Assembly: GCF_006345805.1 (NCBI RefSeq)
Contig: NC_042999.1
Coordinates: 114,266,001-114,330,000, forward strand
Reading direction: 5' to 3'
Origin: Octopus sinensis
Lineage: Eukaryota
DNA: 64,000 nt
The notes under the pieces were generated by a model, which was not told where the DNA came from, made no database searches, and was given only the letters and a program-made list of their open reading frames with translations. The position numbers were made by a program, and so were the translations under genes. Shown here in pieces: positions 35,191 to 49,265 of this stretch (the first letter of the stretch is position 1; each line of letters begins with the position of its first letter).

Positions 35191-36429
35191 CAACAATGAT
35201 GGTGAATAGAAAGATTGTGGTTCTGATTCCTGCACTGGATGGTGTGCTGTGTTCATAAGCAAACCACTTCGTTTCATGTTGCTCCAACCCCTTAAGCTGT
35301 AAATGAGCTCCCACAACAACTAGGAAGTTAAACCTACAACAGACTAGTGCCCCATTCATTTATCAGTGAGTGCTGTAATCTCAGTTACTTACATATGATG
35401 GAAACAGGGTCAAGTGAAGTTCTGGCCTCATAGGTCTTACGGCAACATTTAGAAACCCTATTACTGATCATTTCTGGAATGGCTATCCTTTAAAGGCTTT
35501 AAAGATAATCTGTCTATTATTACAGAAGTGGTGATATTGTAATTACATTACAAAATAGAATCAAGATGATAGACACAATTACTGACTCCCATAATGTCTT
35601 TAGTTCAAATAGCTAAGCCAGTGAAATTCTTTTAAGCTTTTGACTGGCTTCTGAGCAATATTATAGCAATTCAACATTGCTATGACAATTATTACCAGAC
35701 TAATGTAATTTTTGTCATGAGAAAGGAGGAAAGAAAAAAGAAAAAAAGAAACCTGATGTTATTCTTATGTGGAAGCAGGTGGTTCATTTGCATGGCAAAC
35801 TTCCATAGTATCATTTTCTTCTAAGACAGCTGGAAATTGATAAGAGTAATACAGTGTTTTTTCTTTGAAGATATTCAAACTAAAGTTTGCTATGCTGTGA
35901 TGTTTCAAGTTTATTTGGAAAAGCTAGTGTAGGACATTTCAAAGAGGCATTGTTTCAAAAGATACACCATGCACATTTGACATTTGTGTTAAAGGGATGG
36001 CTGTACTGGGGCACCACCTTGAAAGTCTTTTAGTAGAACAAATCAGTTTTTTTTCTTAAAGCTTGGTACTTATTCTATTGGGCTCTTATGCTGAATTGCT
36101 AAGTTATGGGGACATAAACAAACCAACACCTGTTGTCAAGCGATAATGGGGGACAAACACACATATTTTTGAACACAGTACCGCCATTTAAACAGCAGAA
36201 TAATTGGGCAATATTACCCTTACAAGGCAGAAAAAGTTGTCAACAAACAGCCATGTGAGTTGAATCCACATCCCCAAAGACACTAGCTGAGTGCTTTACC
36301 ATTAAGCTCAACATTTCTGTCGATTTTAAATGCTAAATAGCTAGCTTATTGAAATATAACAATCACGTATGTATATAAACAAAGTTACATTTGTTTATAT
36401 ACAGACATAGTTTTTACATACACATTACA

Positions 36430-36680
36430 AAGATGCATGTAAAAGCACCATCCGTTCGTGGCCATTTGCCAGCTCCGTCTGGCACCTGTGCGGGTGGCAT
36501 GTAAAAAGCACCCACTACACTCATGGAGTGGTTGGCGTTAGGAAGGGCATCCAGCCGTAGAAACACTGCCAGATCTGACTGGGCCTGATGCGGCCTTCCG
36601 GCTTCACAGACCCCAGTTGAACCGTCTAACCATGCTAGCATGGAAAACGGACGCTAAATGATGATGATGATGATGATGAT
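36430..36680 (+). mobile_element. RTE 3' UTR fragment with (GAT)n tail
   Basis: Same subfamily UTR as 29724-30373 and 33700-34048. Confidence 0.85.
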
Positions 36681-37479
36681 TACAAATACAACAGCTTCTT
36701 TCAGTTTCCATCTACCAAATCCACTCACAAGGCTTTGGTTAGCCCAAGGATACATGAGGTTTCATGATTTTCCTTTTCTTTTTCATTTGAACAGCTTTAC
36801 CTTCATTTAGACCCAAATATCTACATGATGCATAATTGTCCAGCTTATGTACTAACTTCCCTTCCATGGTGTGTAACAAATCAGCTTCACAGTATTATTA
36901 TCAGGAGGTGAACTGAGTAGAACCATTATAAAAGAATAGGTACAAGAGTATACATTTTACATGAGAACAGTTGAGGAATTAATTTCAGAACTCAACTATT
37001 CCTTATCACCCCCTCCACCCCAACTCACCCCAACTACTCAGAAAGTGAAGGGACATAACTAAACACTGTCCTACTAAGTCTCATCCATTATCTTAATAAT
37101 AATAGTAACAACTTCTAACTTTGTCACAATGTGGCACACATTCTGCAGGGTTGGTGTAGACAATTTATCTGATACCAGAAAGATGAAAAGCAAAGTGAGG
37201 TCAAGCAGTACTGCAACTCGGAATATAGTTAAACATTTCAAGGCATTCTTGTACTTTTTTCATTTTATCATAAAAATAATTATTAGATTTAGGAAGTTGT
37301 AGTAGTTTGTCAAATAAAATACCTGAAAACACTGAGTATTAAATCCAATAATGGCTGACTATCATTCAACCCTCAGGGTGCCTTTGATATAGATCCTACA
37401 CGTTCCTAGGTTGTTTTAAATGAGTTTTATCCACTTTTTCACAAAAGTTTTTAATTTTTTATCATGGCAAGTCAATCAT

Positions 37480-37900
37480 CATCATCATCAACAATAACAA
37501 AGTCCATTTTCCATGCTGGCAAGGCTAGGCATTACACTAGGCTCCATTATCTGTTTCGGTTTGGTTTCTATGGTTGGATGCCCTTCCTAACACCATCCAT
37601 TCCAAAGTGTACTGGGTGCTTTTTCTGTGACACCAGCACTGGTATCAATTCTGCAGTGGAAGAGGTCTTCTTGAGTACAATAATGTGACAGATATCTTGG
37701 TCCTTTGTCATCTCCATAAGGCCCAGTGTTTTGAGATTGGCCTTCAATATTTTGTCTGTCTTGCTAGGTATCCTTCTATAAATTCCATCCATTTTAAGTG
37801 ATTGGCACTTCTGTATGCATCTGTTTATATCCATATACATCATGACCAAACAGTGCAGTTTCCTCTCTTGCACACTGCATCTAATTTTGTTTTTAGAAAC
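37480..37900 (-). mobile_element. Old RTE 3' fragment
   Basis: ORF 37568-37969 contains RCSVQERKL..K.NLK.LGL; family UTR and (CAT)n tail. Similar short 3' fragments lie at ~480, 2830, 21490, 26890, 31790, 46680, 53290, 53770, 54270, 56700, 61760 and 62350. Confidence 0.7.
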
Positions 37901-38877
37901 AGAAAAAATCTTATGTACTTCTGTATTTTGTTTTTCAGTGAGTGCTATGAACTTTTCTGGAATAAACACACCACATGATGTGTTGATATGACAAATGATA
38001 GAGAATATCTTTTCTAAATATTTTTCTGATGACTAACAGTGTTACAAAAAATATCTTTATGATATGAAAGTCAATTCAATAGACAATACTACCCTGCAAC
38101 TAAATAAACCTTGTGCTTAGATAAAAAAAGAAATCATCATCAATAATAATTATTGTGATGGTGTCCTAACTGTTATCATTATTTATATTGTTATTATGGA
38201 AGTGGAGAAGGCAGAGACAGAAAATTTTCATCTCTCTCAGTTCTAAGATCAAATCTCATGATGAACAACTTTGATTTTCATTGCCTGGGAACAAAGCTCT
38301 AATAAAATAAGTACAAATTATAATTGAACCCCAGTCTGAACAGATCTATGATCACAGGTAACTGAGCAGTGATCCTCATGCCTATTCTTTCAAGCATGTA
38401 TAAGTACCAGTAAAATACAGGAATCAAGTTCATCAACTATACACCAATCTCAAAAGAGTTATGGGGCCACTGAGTCTGATAAATAAAATATATATCTAAC
38501 TCATATCACACTCTAGATTTTAAAAAAAAACAAAGAGGAAGGACACCTTGATCCATTATACTTAGATTGGAACACTTGGTTGTTGACCTGCTTGATCAGA
38601 GATAACCTGGGGCTAAATAACAACAACAAAATATTGGCCTCAAATTAAAACAGAGCCAAGTGAAGAAATAGAGGTCCAAAGCTAAAGAACTCAACAATTG
38701 TAAATACTCCAGCAACTGATATATTCAAATTAGTACATACACATACTAGCTATTTACTTGAGAAATCAAGATTATCCAGACAAACAAAAATGAATTACTC
38801 ATAGTCAGTTTTATGATGTCAATCATTGTATATAAATTTTGCTTATATCACCTATCAATGGCCCAATAAATTATCAT

Positions 38878-41700
38878 CATCACTGTTGTTTAACGTCTGC
38901 TTTCCATGCTGGCATGGGTTGGATGGTTTGACTGAGGGCTGGGGAGCCAGATGGCTGCATTAGGCTCCAAACTGATCTGGCAAAGTTTCTACAGCTGGAT
39001 GCCCTTTCCAACACTAACCACTCCGAGAGTGTAGTGGGTGCAATGATCACACTCAAATGCTGCACCTCTTATGTGTCCATAGCTTACACTGGGTACATCT
39101 TGTGGAATTTCTACCTATGCCTTTTCTACAGATCGAGCAGGGCCATCTACATGAAGGGACTTGTGGTTTGTCTGCCTTCCTACTTAATAAGACTTTGGTT
39201 TTTGCTAGGTTGACTTTAAGGCCCTTTGATTCTAGACCTTGCTTCCACACCTGAAACTTCTCTAGTTCTAATAGTGACTCAGCTTTTAGAGCAATGTCAT
39301 CAGCATAGAGAAGCTCCCACGGGCATCTTGTCTTGAATTCCTATTATTGCCTGGAGGACTATGATGAATAAGAGGGGGGCTGAGGACTGATCTTTGGTGA
39401 ACCCCTACCTAGAATTCTTCACTGTACTCTTTGCCAACCCTCACCTTACTGACAGCATCCCTGTATATGGCTTGTACAGCTCTCACTAACCATTCATCTA
39501 TCCCTAGTTTCCTCATTGATCACCAGATAAGGATGCGGGGGACCCTGTCAAAGGCTTTCTCCATATCAACGAAAGCTAGGTATAGAGGTTTATTTTTGGC
39601 TAGGTATTTCTCCTGCAGCTGTCTTACCAGAAATATAGCATCAGTAGTGCTTTTCCCTGGCACAAACCCAAATTGCATCTCGTCTAGACTGACTTTCTCC
39701 CTAATTAGTTGGACTATGACCCTCTCCATAACTTTCATTACCTGATCCAATTACTTGATACCTCCGTTATTATTTGTATCTAATGCAACACCTTTACTTT
39801 TGTAGCAGTTGACTATGGTGCTGCTACACCAGTCATTGGGTATGACTCCTTCATGTATCTCCTGATTGACTATACGGGTGACTAGACTATAGCCGACACC
39901 ACCAGATATTTTAAGCATCTCTGCAGTGATTCCTGATGGGCTGGGGGCTTTCCCTGCCTTCATACCCTTAATTGCTTTATCTATCAAGGTACTGTCAATT
40001 TGGATAGCTAGTCCCTCTGTTAGGTCGACATTTGGCAGACTCTCTTTCTCCCATTCATTCTCTTCATTTAGCAACCTTTCCTAGTGGCGTCTCCAAACCT
40101 TTCTCCTTGCAGCTTCATTAAATGCTAGTGAGCTGTCATCCATGCGAACACATTTCTCTCCTATGACATCACGATTCTCTCTCACACACTGTCTTGCAAC
40201 ACGAAACACCTCAAGTCTTTGGCCCTCATAACGCAGAACATTGGCAATTTTTTTTTTTATCTGCTTCCCCTCTGGCTAAAGAAACCTGTCTCCTAGCTTC
40301 CCTTCTGATAGTCTGACACAATTCCCTGCTACCACTGTTCTTCCAGTCCTTTCATGCCTGCTTCTTTCCCTTAATGGCCCTGTCAACTACATTGTTCCAC
40401 AATCATGTTACCTTGGGTTGAGAGGGGATTTGCATCATCTACACATATCTGGTCAGTAGCCCTCAACAGTTGTCCTGTAGAAACCTCCAGTTGTCTTCCA
40501 GATCATGTGATGCTATATCCCCCTATATTTCGTCAAAAGCTTCGAGTAATACGTCTCTAAATCTCTGTCCATTCGCAGGATCCTTAAACTTCCAGACCCT
40601 TCTTCTCCATGCTGGTCGTCTTCTGGGAATCCATTTAGCCCTGATCGCGAAGTCACTAACTACTAATCTATGTTGTGGGGTGCATTCCTCACCTGGGAAG
40701 GTTTTGGCATTTATAAGTAGTCATCTTTCCTGTTTCCTAGCAAGGCTGTAGTCAATTTGACTAGTGAGTCTACCAGATCGGTAAGTGAATAGGTGACTGG
40801 CAGGTTTCCTGAAGTTAGTATTACAAACCATAAGATCATTTGCATCGCAGAACTCTGGCAGCCTGGTTCCCTCCTCATTGCGGGAACCAAAACCATAGCC
40901 TCCATGTACGCCATGGAGGCCCCCTGTATGTTGTCCAACATGCCCATTGAAGTTGCCAGCTACAAAGAGATGGTCCCTGTCATTCATTGATGAGGTAGTC
41001 TGCAAGAGGGTGTCATAAAATCGGCCTTTCTGTTCATCAGGTAGCCCTGGCTGAGGGACATTGGCCAAGATAATGGTTGCTAACTCCTGTTACAGCACTA
41101 ATCTAATCTTAAGTATTCTATCACAGACTCTGACTACCTCAATAACCTTATCAACCCATTTCTCCACGCAAAGTATACCCATGCCGCCGACCCCGTCAGT
41201 GTTCTCTGCCCAGAAAATCTTATACCTATGTTCTTTGTCTATGAGGAACCTAGCAGAACTTCCTCTCCACCTTACTTCTTGGATGCAGCACAAATCTACA
41301 CATCTCCGTTCAAGCATCTCAACAAACTCACCAGACCTGCCTTTCTGAGTGCCAACTCTGATGGTGTGCAAGGTGTGGACCCGTGAGACCCTGGGATGGG
41401 GGACAGCAGCATCATGTACCTGAAAAGGAAGCTCGCATTTGGCAGAACTCATGAACATACAATAGCCTTCAACCTGCATACACTACCCCATCATTTTTAT
41501 GTGCTACATAATCACTACATTACACAGGAGATAAGCCCTTAGTAGGGATGGGGGAACATTAAGCCTTTAGAAGTTTTCATGAGAGAGACATCCAATAGAG
41601 GTCAGAGACTTCCGGTACAGGTGGTGGGAAGGGCAGGTGTACTGTGAAACAGCAAAAACTCAGGCTGCTGGTGTGAGAGAATATTATGATAATAATGAGA
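38878..41700 (-). mobile_element. Near full-length but disrupted RTE copy with an internal deletion
   Basis: APE (40721-41479), RT (39520-40074) and PHD (39053-39250) pieces with stops and frameshifts. The PHD is joined directly to the 3' UTR at ~39045. Confidence 0.9.
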
Positions 41701-43069
41701 TAGAATTAGGCACTTGAAATTCTTAACTAGGACTATAACCAAGAGTTTTCGATCAGCCAACTGTGACAAAATTAGAATCAAAAGCTTTTGGTCAGCCAAA
41801 CTGTACCAAAATTAGATAAATGAATGAGTAAGTGATGATAATAAATGAGCGTGAAAGAGTGGGAGAAAGAGGGAGAGTTGGATCGAGTAAAAGGATCTTA
41901 AGCTTTCATAAACATTATTTTTCTATTTCATCAGGATTGCAATCAGTTACTCATGGCAATTGCTTTTACAGCAAGGAGCTCTTCAACTGGCTTCCTGATC
42001 AACTATGATATAGAAATGGTTTCTAATGACAGTCAATCAAACTGGTGCAAGCAGAGTTACATACCATATTTAAGATCACAGCTTAACAACTTAATAGCTG
42101 TATCATTAATTCCTAACACTAAATAATAGACATAGGTATTACTGTGGTTGAGAAGTTTGCTTTCTAACCACATGGTTTTGAGTTCAGTGCCACTGTGTGA
42201 CACTTTGCACAAGTGTCTTCAACTACAGCCCTAAGCTGACCAATGCCTTGGGTAAATTGAAAGAAGCTTGTGTGTACTCACAAGACGTCTAAGGTGGCTT
42301 GGCTAAACTCTCTGTCAACCTCCAAGGAAATTCTTTCACCAGACAGATAGCTGAAGATGTGACCGGTGATAGTAAAGGCAGATGTGGAAGCACAATTGGG
42401 CCCAGATATCTATGGTTTTCAGCAAAAGAATTCTAAGTGGGTCTCTATTACAGCATCAACTGTGCCTAACCATCAGATGTGGTCAGCATTTGTGGGTGAT
42501 GTGGTGAACTTGTTGGTCAGAGCTAGCTCAGCCCAACCCAAGTGAAAGCTGCCACAAGTACGTGTGTGTGTGTGTATATATATATATGTCCCACCCATGC
42601 TAGCATGGAAGGCAGACGTTAAATGATGATAAATATAAATGCATACACACACAGATATATAAATATATATGTATATAAGTATGTATGTGTGATACAAAAG
42701 GCTCATTCAACCAAGGCCTTTTGTTGCTCAAGTGACCAAGAGATCATTGCTTCACACAGAAACAAGAAGAGCATCTGGTCATAAGAAAGGTAAATTTTTA
42801 CTATTATCCCCTTCTCATTTTGAAGATGAAATCTATGCTTCTCCCCTAGCTTTTTTTTAATGTTTTGAATAAATCTGACCATCAAAATTGTCAGAAATCA
42901 TTTGTACTTTAGATAAAACCCCTCTTTGCAATAGGCAGTGTAGGGTTGAGGTACTGCATATAATCAGTACCTCAACCTGTAAGAAGTAACAGGCAAACAA
43001 GTGTCATATGATCAATAAACGAACAAACACCTTAATTACAGCAGAAGCATAGTGTCTTAAGAATGAGGA

Positions 43070-43823
43070 TCTACTATGATAATACTTGTGTTTTTCTCCG
43101 TCACAACATATGAATGAGAAAGGAAGGGGCGACAGATGAATAAGGAAGGAAGGTGAGATGACAAACTGGTGGGATGGTGAACATTCAACACGAAAAAGAA
43201 AAATCAAACAGCATTTCAACTCTGTGTGAGTATATGTATGTATGTGCTTGTACAAGGGAAGTATGTGAATGTATGTGAACATTGACAAGTGTATTAATTT
43301 GATTTACTATCCATATTTATATATTAAAATACTACAATTAGCTGTCATTTTTGAAGGCAAGGGGCCAGCTGGTCTACTATAACAATACTCTTTTGTTTTT
43401 CTCCATCACAATATATGAATGAGAAAGGAAGGAGTGATAGATGAATAAGGAAGGAAGGAAGGGGTGATGGTAAGCTGGTAGTGGGAGTATATGTGTGTGT
43501 ATGTAAAAGGGATGTGAATTTTGTGTGTGTGTGTGCGTGCAATGGAAGTGGGATGGTGAACATTCAACGTTGAAAAGAAAAATCAAACAGCATTTCAATT
43601 CTGTGTGAGTACATGTGTGTATGCGTGTGTGTGTACATGGGAAGTATGTGAATGTTTGTGTATGTGAAACAGCGTTCTTTCAGTAAAAAACCATGATCGA
43701 TATCACATCTCAAAAGACAACCACTAGATAACATTGACAAGTGTATTAATTGGATTTATCATCCATATCTATATATAAAATACTACAATTAGCCGTCATC
43801 TTTGACAACATGGAGCCAGCTAG
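43070..43823 (+). mobile_element. Head-to-tail dimer of a non-autonomous Helitron (43070-43372 and 43373-43823)
   Basis: A|TCTACTAT.. start, junction gccagCTGG|TCTACTAT, end gccagCTAG|T. The internal sequences are homologous. The combined consensus gives a subterminal hairpin gccgtca-tctt-tgacggc. Confidence 0.82.
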
Positions 43824-44196
43824 TATAATTATAATTATAAAAAGAAAAAGAAAAGTTGCGATTAAAATAATAAGAAGTGTGATGTAATAGTACACAATTA
43901 AAAACCCAAATAGCACAATTTCTAGACTGTTATAGAAATAACAGTCTAGATGGAGCACAGTGAAAATGAGTAGAATGATGAGCATTTTGGCTGTACATAT
44001 CAATAAAGCTCATAAATGATATAAGTAATTAAGGTAAAATTTGTTACCCATCAGCATATGATTGGAATAATAACAAAGAAATAAAATATGGAAAACATAT
44101 GATTTTAAATTATTTGTAAAAATAAAAATTCAAAGTTTAAATAAAAAAAAAAGAAGAATAGTCTATTAAAATTTTGCTTTTAAATTTCAAACATAC

Positions 44197-44301
44197 CTTA
44201 TACGAGGACGGATTTTCTCCAGGTAAGCATAATAATTATAGACGGTCATATAACCAACTACAGCATAGCACACACAACCATTTTGTTGATACTTCTCAAA
44301 T
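44197..44301 (-). CDS. HAT1: HAT1 internal coding exon (105 nt)
   Basis: Acceptor tttttctattcag| and donor |gtatgt. Translates FEKYQQNGCVCYAVVGYMTVYNYYAYLEKIRPRI(S), cf. HAT1 FEKY...VGYMTVYNYY..P.K.RPR.S. Confidence 0.96.
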
Positions 44302-47300
44302 CTGAATAGAAAAAGCAAATAAAAATTTATAATAAATCAATCTTCAACTTGGAATGCAGAAAGACTGCTTTAAAGCAAACAAACAAAAAATAATAATATT
44401 AATAAACACTGCTTTCTGAAGATGTAGTCATTATGTAGTAACCTGACCTGCTATGAACAGAAGCTATATCTCCTTTAAATAACACTATGTCATCTTCAAT
44501 CATCTTAAGCATAGAAGGATACATTGGACACTATATTCGTAGATAAGCAAAAAGACAGGATAATTATGGCAGGAAAGCCTTTGATTAAGATCGCACTGGG
44601 ATTAAAAAGCATCCACACAATGATCTTGCTTGAGCTTTTTTTTAAAGAGAAGTCACTAGAATGACTAAGCTTGGATTGGAAAGAGGTCCAAAAGGACAGT
44701 GCAATTTGTAGAAGAAGAGAGTAAATATTTTAGATTAAAACACTCAGAGAACACGAGACCAAAATGTGGTGATGGTGGTAGTGAGAACAATAACTACATG
44801 GAGAATTGAAGGTCACAAAACGGAATAAAGAGAACAACTCAGTACATCCAGAGTAAATTTACTTGTTTACTAACAAACTCATGAAGCAAATTTTGTAATA
44901 TAATTGAGGTAATTAATTAGTCAATGAGCAGAAGGAACAGTGTCTACAGCTTTTGCATGCCTTACCAGACTGGTGAGACTTTATTACATATTTGATGTTT
45001 AGTTTGAATGTCAAATAACAGAATTACATACATGCACATGTGTATGTGTGTGTGTGCGTGAGAGAGAGAGAGAGAGATACCGGAATTCTGCAGGGTGAAT
45101 GTTCTGGAGAGAAAAGATTGTGATCTAAGAGGTAGGGTATTATGTTGTGTTGTGAGTGTAGCTGGAGGTTGAATAAAGTTAGCTAGCAAGGTGAGAGGAG
45201 AAGAGACCCTTGTGGTATTGTACAAAAGGTAGGCAGAAGAAAAACTCGTCTGTGGTTGAATCAGGCTGGGGAGTGAATTATTGCCAATCAGTCAAGTGCC
45301 TTTCTTTACAGCATTAAGGGGAAGGGCGGGGCATTAAACTATTTATGATAATAATTATAATGATAGAACAGGTTGGGGTGATATGCAAATTCAGATGCAT
45401 TATTTTGATATATGGCACAAATTTGAGAGAGTGGTGTGTGTGTGTGTTTGTGAGTATGTAAAGAAACAGATAGCACATTAAACGGTATATTAATGTATCC
45501 TAACAGAAGCTGTGTAGTAAATGTAATGTTGTTCTGGATGAAAAGAGAGATAAATTACACTGATAAGTGTGAATTGTGTAACTCACATACACAAAGAAAG
45601 GAATAAAAAAGTGGGGGAAGCTAGAAGAGTCATTAGGTTGCTCAGTGAGAATCTTTTCTTCTGATCTCAGAGATACAATCAATTCGTTGATCCAAATTCT
45701 CTTTATCTTTCTTTCACTTATTCCCCTTGACACATAAACACTCTCTTCCAATATGCAAATGGATAGCTCTTTTACTTTGTAACCAGACATACATATACAC
45801 ACCTTTATGCAACAAAAAAGAGAAGAGTGAGAGAGAAAAGAAGAAAGTGGAGAGAAAATACAGAAAAATTTCATACGGATTTAGTTAATAGGTTTCCTGA
45901 AATAAGCTGTATCACATAGGTCAAGCCAGCTAGCTACCAGTGTCCAGAAATGTTGAAGCCTAAACCAAACAGTAGAGCTAACACAAGATGTACAATAATA
46001 TTTGCAGACAAGTAAATTGGTTGCCAAGGCAAGAGTACAAAGTACATGTGAATTTGTCAGGTTTACGTGTAGCACAGCTGAGATTAGACACAACAGGTTA
46101 ATTCAATAGATACACAAACACCCTCACAGAAGTTAGGATTCAAATGTGCTATTGGTAACGAGATGCAAGAGATTAAAATACACTAACACTAACAGTGTAA
46201 ATTCTAAGGTTACTTGGAAAACTATAAGGTTGATGGAAGCTCATAGAGAAAGATGAAATATATAATTTCTTTTGAAACTATTTTCTTCTGAAGCATATGA
46301 AATTTAAGTTGGTGTAAAGTTCACACAGGTAATGTTGTCTTAAGAGGGAACATCTTTGAAAACTATATCCTTTGTTATACACACACATATCCTCTATTTT
46401 AGTCATTAAGTCAAAAATTAAACTAACTTTGGAACAAAAATATTGAAGGTCCAATCTATTTATATTTTCCATTATAGCATAACTCCACTGGTTAAACTTT
46501 AAGTCTTAAAACACTGTACTTCATTATCATATCAAAGAAAAGTACATATGGTTGGATTTAAACACAGTCTCAGTGAATGAAGTACACTGAGTAGTGGATT
46601 CTAACATCACCAACCCACGATATTTAATTTAAAATCTTTATTACCATATGAGCTGCAGGGCAATCTTAGTGGTGGTGCTGGTGACATGAAAAAAGCATCT
46701 ACTACACACTGCAAAGTAGCATGATGTGGTCCTTAGACCAATCAGATTATGTCAAACCACCAAACCCATGGTAGCATGGAACGTGGATGTTAAATGATGT
46801 TGATTACTGTACCTTGATTTTGAAACAGATATGTTGCGGACTTGGTAAGCAAAAACTGAAAAAAGCCCATTGTGAGTGTATCGTTATCTCGTAAGTACAT
46901 TATAGTTGTAAATGATGTCATTCATCTCTCATCTTCCATGAAAAACATGTCTAACCATGGGAATACAACATATCTGGAGATATAGCTAGTGCAGATAAAA
47001 GTAGCAGAAACAAAATTTAACCAAAGTTTTTTGACATAGTTGAAGAAGGAGTTATGCTGCATAATGATAGTGTTGTTGACACTGGCTTAGAAGAATCCTG
47101 TCTGAAAGAACTCTTTATCAGTTAAAGCAATCATTTGAAAAGTAAACAGTATGGTTATCCTAGAAAGGTTATTGTGTCAGGAATGATTTCAATACAGGAG
47201 TCTTTTGGAATTAAAAGAAAAAGTTATGCCCAGATTTAATGTTTTAAAGGTTTGGAGAAATTGGTAATGCTGACAAGCATCAGCAACATCCTTAACCTTT

Positions 47301-48470
47301 TGGTATTGAGATTACTGTCAAATGTAATGCTTGTTTGTTCACATTGTTTTGCATTAGCCATGCGTTATATTGCAGCTTGGAGATTTTGATGATGTCTTGT
47401 TTATTTTTTTTAGAATGGCATAGTAGGGCAGGTGTGAAAGGCCAAATCTGGCAGGATTGAATATAAAATAGGTGGAATTTTTGTGCTGAATATGGCTGGT
47501 TTAAATGTTAAAGGGATAAAGTTGTTCAGTACCTGAAACAAATTGAATCAAATCACTAATGGAGACATGAATGAATTAACTGCTTTGTCGTTTAGGACCT
47601 CAAGGCAATAATGGTTAGGGGAAAAAAAAAAAAAGAAAACCACTCCTATAACTTACATGGGAATGCAATGCAGAATAAGTAATTCAATGATTCTGATTGG
47701 GAAAAATCAACTATTTTAGGAATACATCTAGTATGAAAGTAGAAGATTGTATCTAGGACAACATTAACCAATGTGCTTACTTTTTTTTTATTTGAGGAGG
47801 ATATGCTTGTTATTTCTAGCAGTTTGCGTGATTACATAGATCTAAAATTGGGCTTGTAGAATCTGCACTGTAGTTAATAATAGTACCAACTTTATATGAA
47901 TGGTACTATCAAATGTGATGTAGTTCCTAATTAAGCAATTTAAATTGTTATTTTTTTTTTTAATTCCAGGCACAGTGTATCTAATGTGCTCTCCTATTTC
48001 TAAAATAGAAGGGTATAATTAGAGGAAAATTTGGCTATTTGTAGTAGGTTGAGTAACCAAGCAGAGGATCTCCCTTTTGACCATAAAACAAACAGTGCAA
48101 TATGAATGATAGTGGGTTGAGAACTGTGCTTGAGTTGAGTAAAAAACAACTGGGATTGAGCAGTCCCATGATCCATAAGTAGACAGTAAAATAGCCAAAA
48201 GATCTGTTGTTCTGGACATGCCATGTTTCTGCCTTTTTGGGAATCACATTACATGTTGACACACAGTGATTAATATAGGAAAGACTGTGACAGTCTGGAT
48301 ATGTTTTACTCACACCACAGTCAGGTCTGTTTTTGTAAAAATAAATTCTTGTGAAGACTGCAGTAGAGGTAGGCACAGAAGACATGGTCATAACATAACA
48401 ATTACTGTTCCTCGGCAATTATGATTGCTCTGCACCCCAGCTAATGCTTGGAACTAGTAACGGGACTGTT

Positions 48471-48547
48471 CATATTCAGTCCACTGGTGGCAAGAATATG
48501 CTGAGAGGTTGAACCCAGCATATTCTTGCCACCAATGGTCCGATGTG
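48471..48547. ncRNA. Candidate pri-miRNA-like hairpin (intronic)
   Basis: 19-bp perfect stem (48485-48503 / 48516-48534), 12-nt loop, imperfect lower stem. No known family recognised. Confidence 0.25.
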
Positions 48548-49111
48548 GAGGCAGTGAATTTGAACTTGAGATCATATTGGTTTGACAAGCTTACTCTGCC
48601 TCACTAGCTCAACATGCCTTGGCAGAGGGAGGCAGTTTTTATGCTCACACCCAGGAGTATTTAAGTTAATTACATCAACTCCAGTACTCAACTGGTACTT
48701 ATTTTATCAACCCTGAAAAGATAAAAGGCTAAGTTGACCTAGTAATATCATAGCTATTTTCTCTGTTTGTTTGCCTGGGTTATGAAAAGAGTGTGATTAT
48801 TTTCAATGTTTTTTGTAGTGGTTTTCAGAAGTTTTGAATATGTGTCGGACAGTTTGGAGGGCTTTTTTTTTCATACAATAACAGAGAATGTTTGCTGTGA
48901 TTCAGCAAACCATGCACCTTTCATCACCAGACATTCCTTCACTTTTTAGTATTTTTGCTTTTGCATTGTTGTGAAGATGGTCTTTAAATGCCATCAGTGC
49001 ACAACCTGTGACGGATGCAAAGTGCTCATTCTGAGTATAGGCAGAATGGTACAAGAACTTGCAGACTAATTGGGAATGAAATTAGAAACTATTGATCCAA
49101 GACATACTTAC

Positions 49112-49265
49112 AACAGATAGAATGTCCACCGATCATCATCAATATCAATATATGAAGCAGCATCAATGAAGAACAAAAGGAATGTTTGCAAGCGTTCATG
49201 ATAATTTTTGAAACCAGGAGAAAGAACAGAGGCTTTGAATACTTCAAAAGTACGTTCACAATTAT
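49112..49265 (-). CDS. HAT1: HAT1 internal coding exon (154 nt)
   Basis: Acceptor cttttgctaatttcag| and donor |gtaagt. Translates (D)NCERTFEVFKASVLSPGFKNYHERLQTFLLFFIDAASYIDIDDDRWTFYL(L), containing the HAT1 hallmark YHERLQTFL..FI..AS.ID.DD.RW. Confidence 0.96.

Noticed and set aside
35754-35835. Possible minus-strand exon (KKMILWKFAMQMNHLLPHKNNI)
   Set aside because: No HAT1 similarity, weak donor (gtttct), and HAT1 is already continuous without it.
44197-44230. HAT1 YLEK in place of the more usual YP(D/E)K
   Set aside because: A single substitution in a loop that varies among HAT1 orthologues; no evidence of functional novelty.
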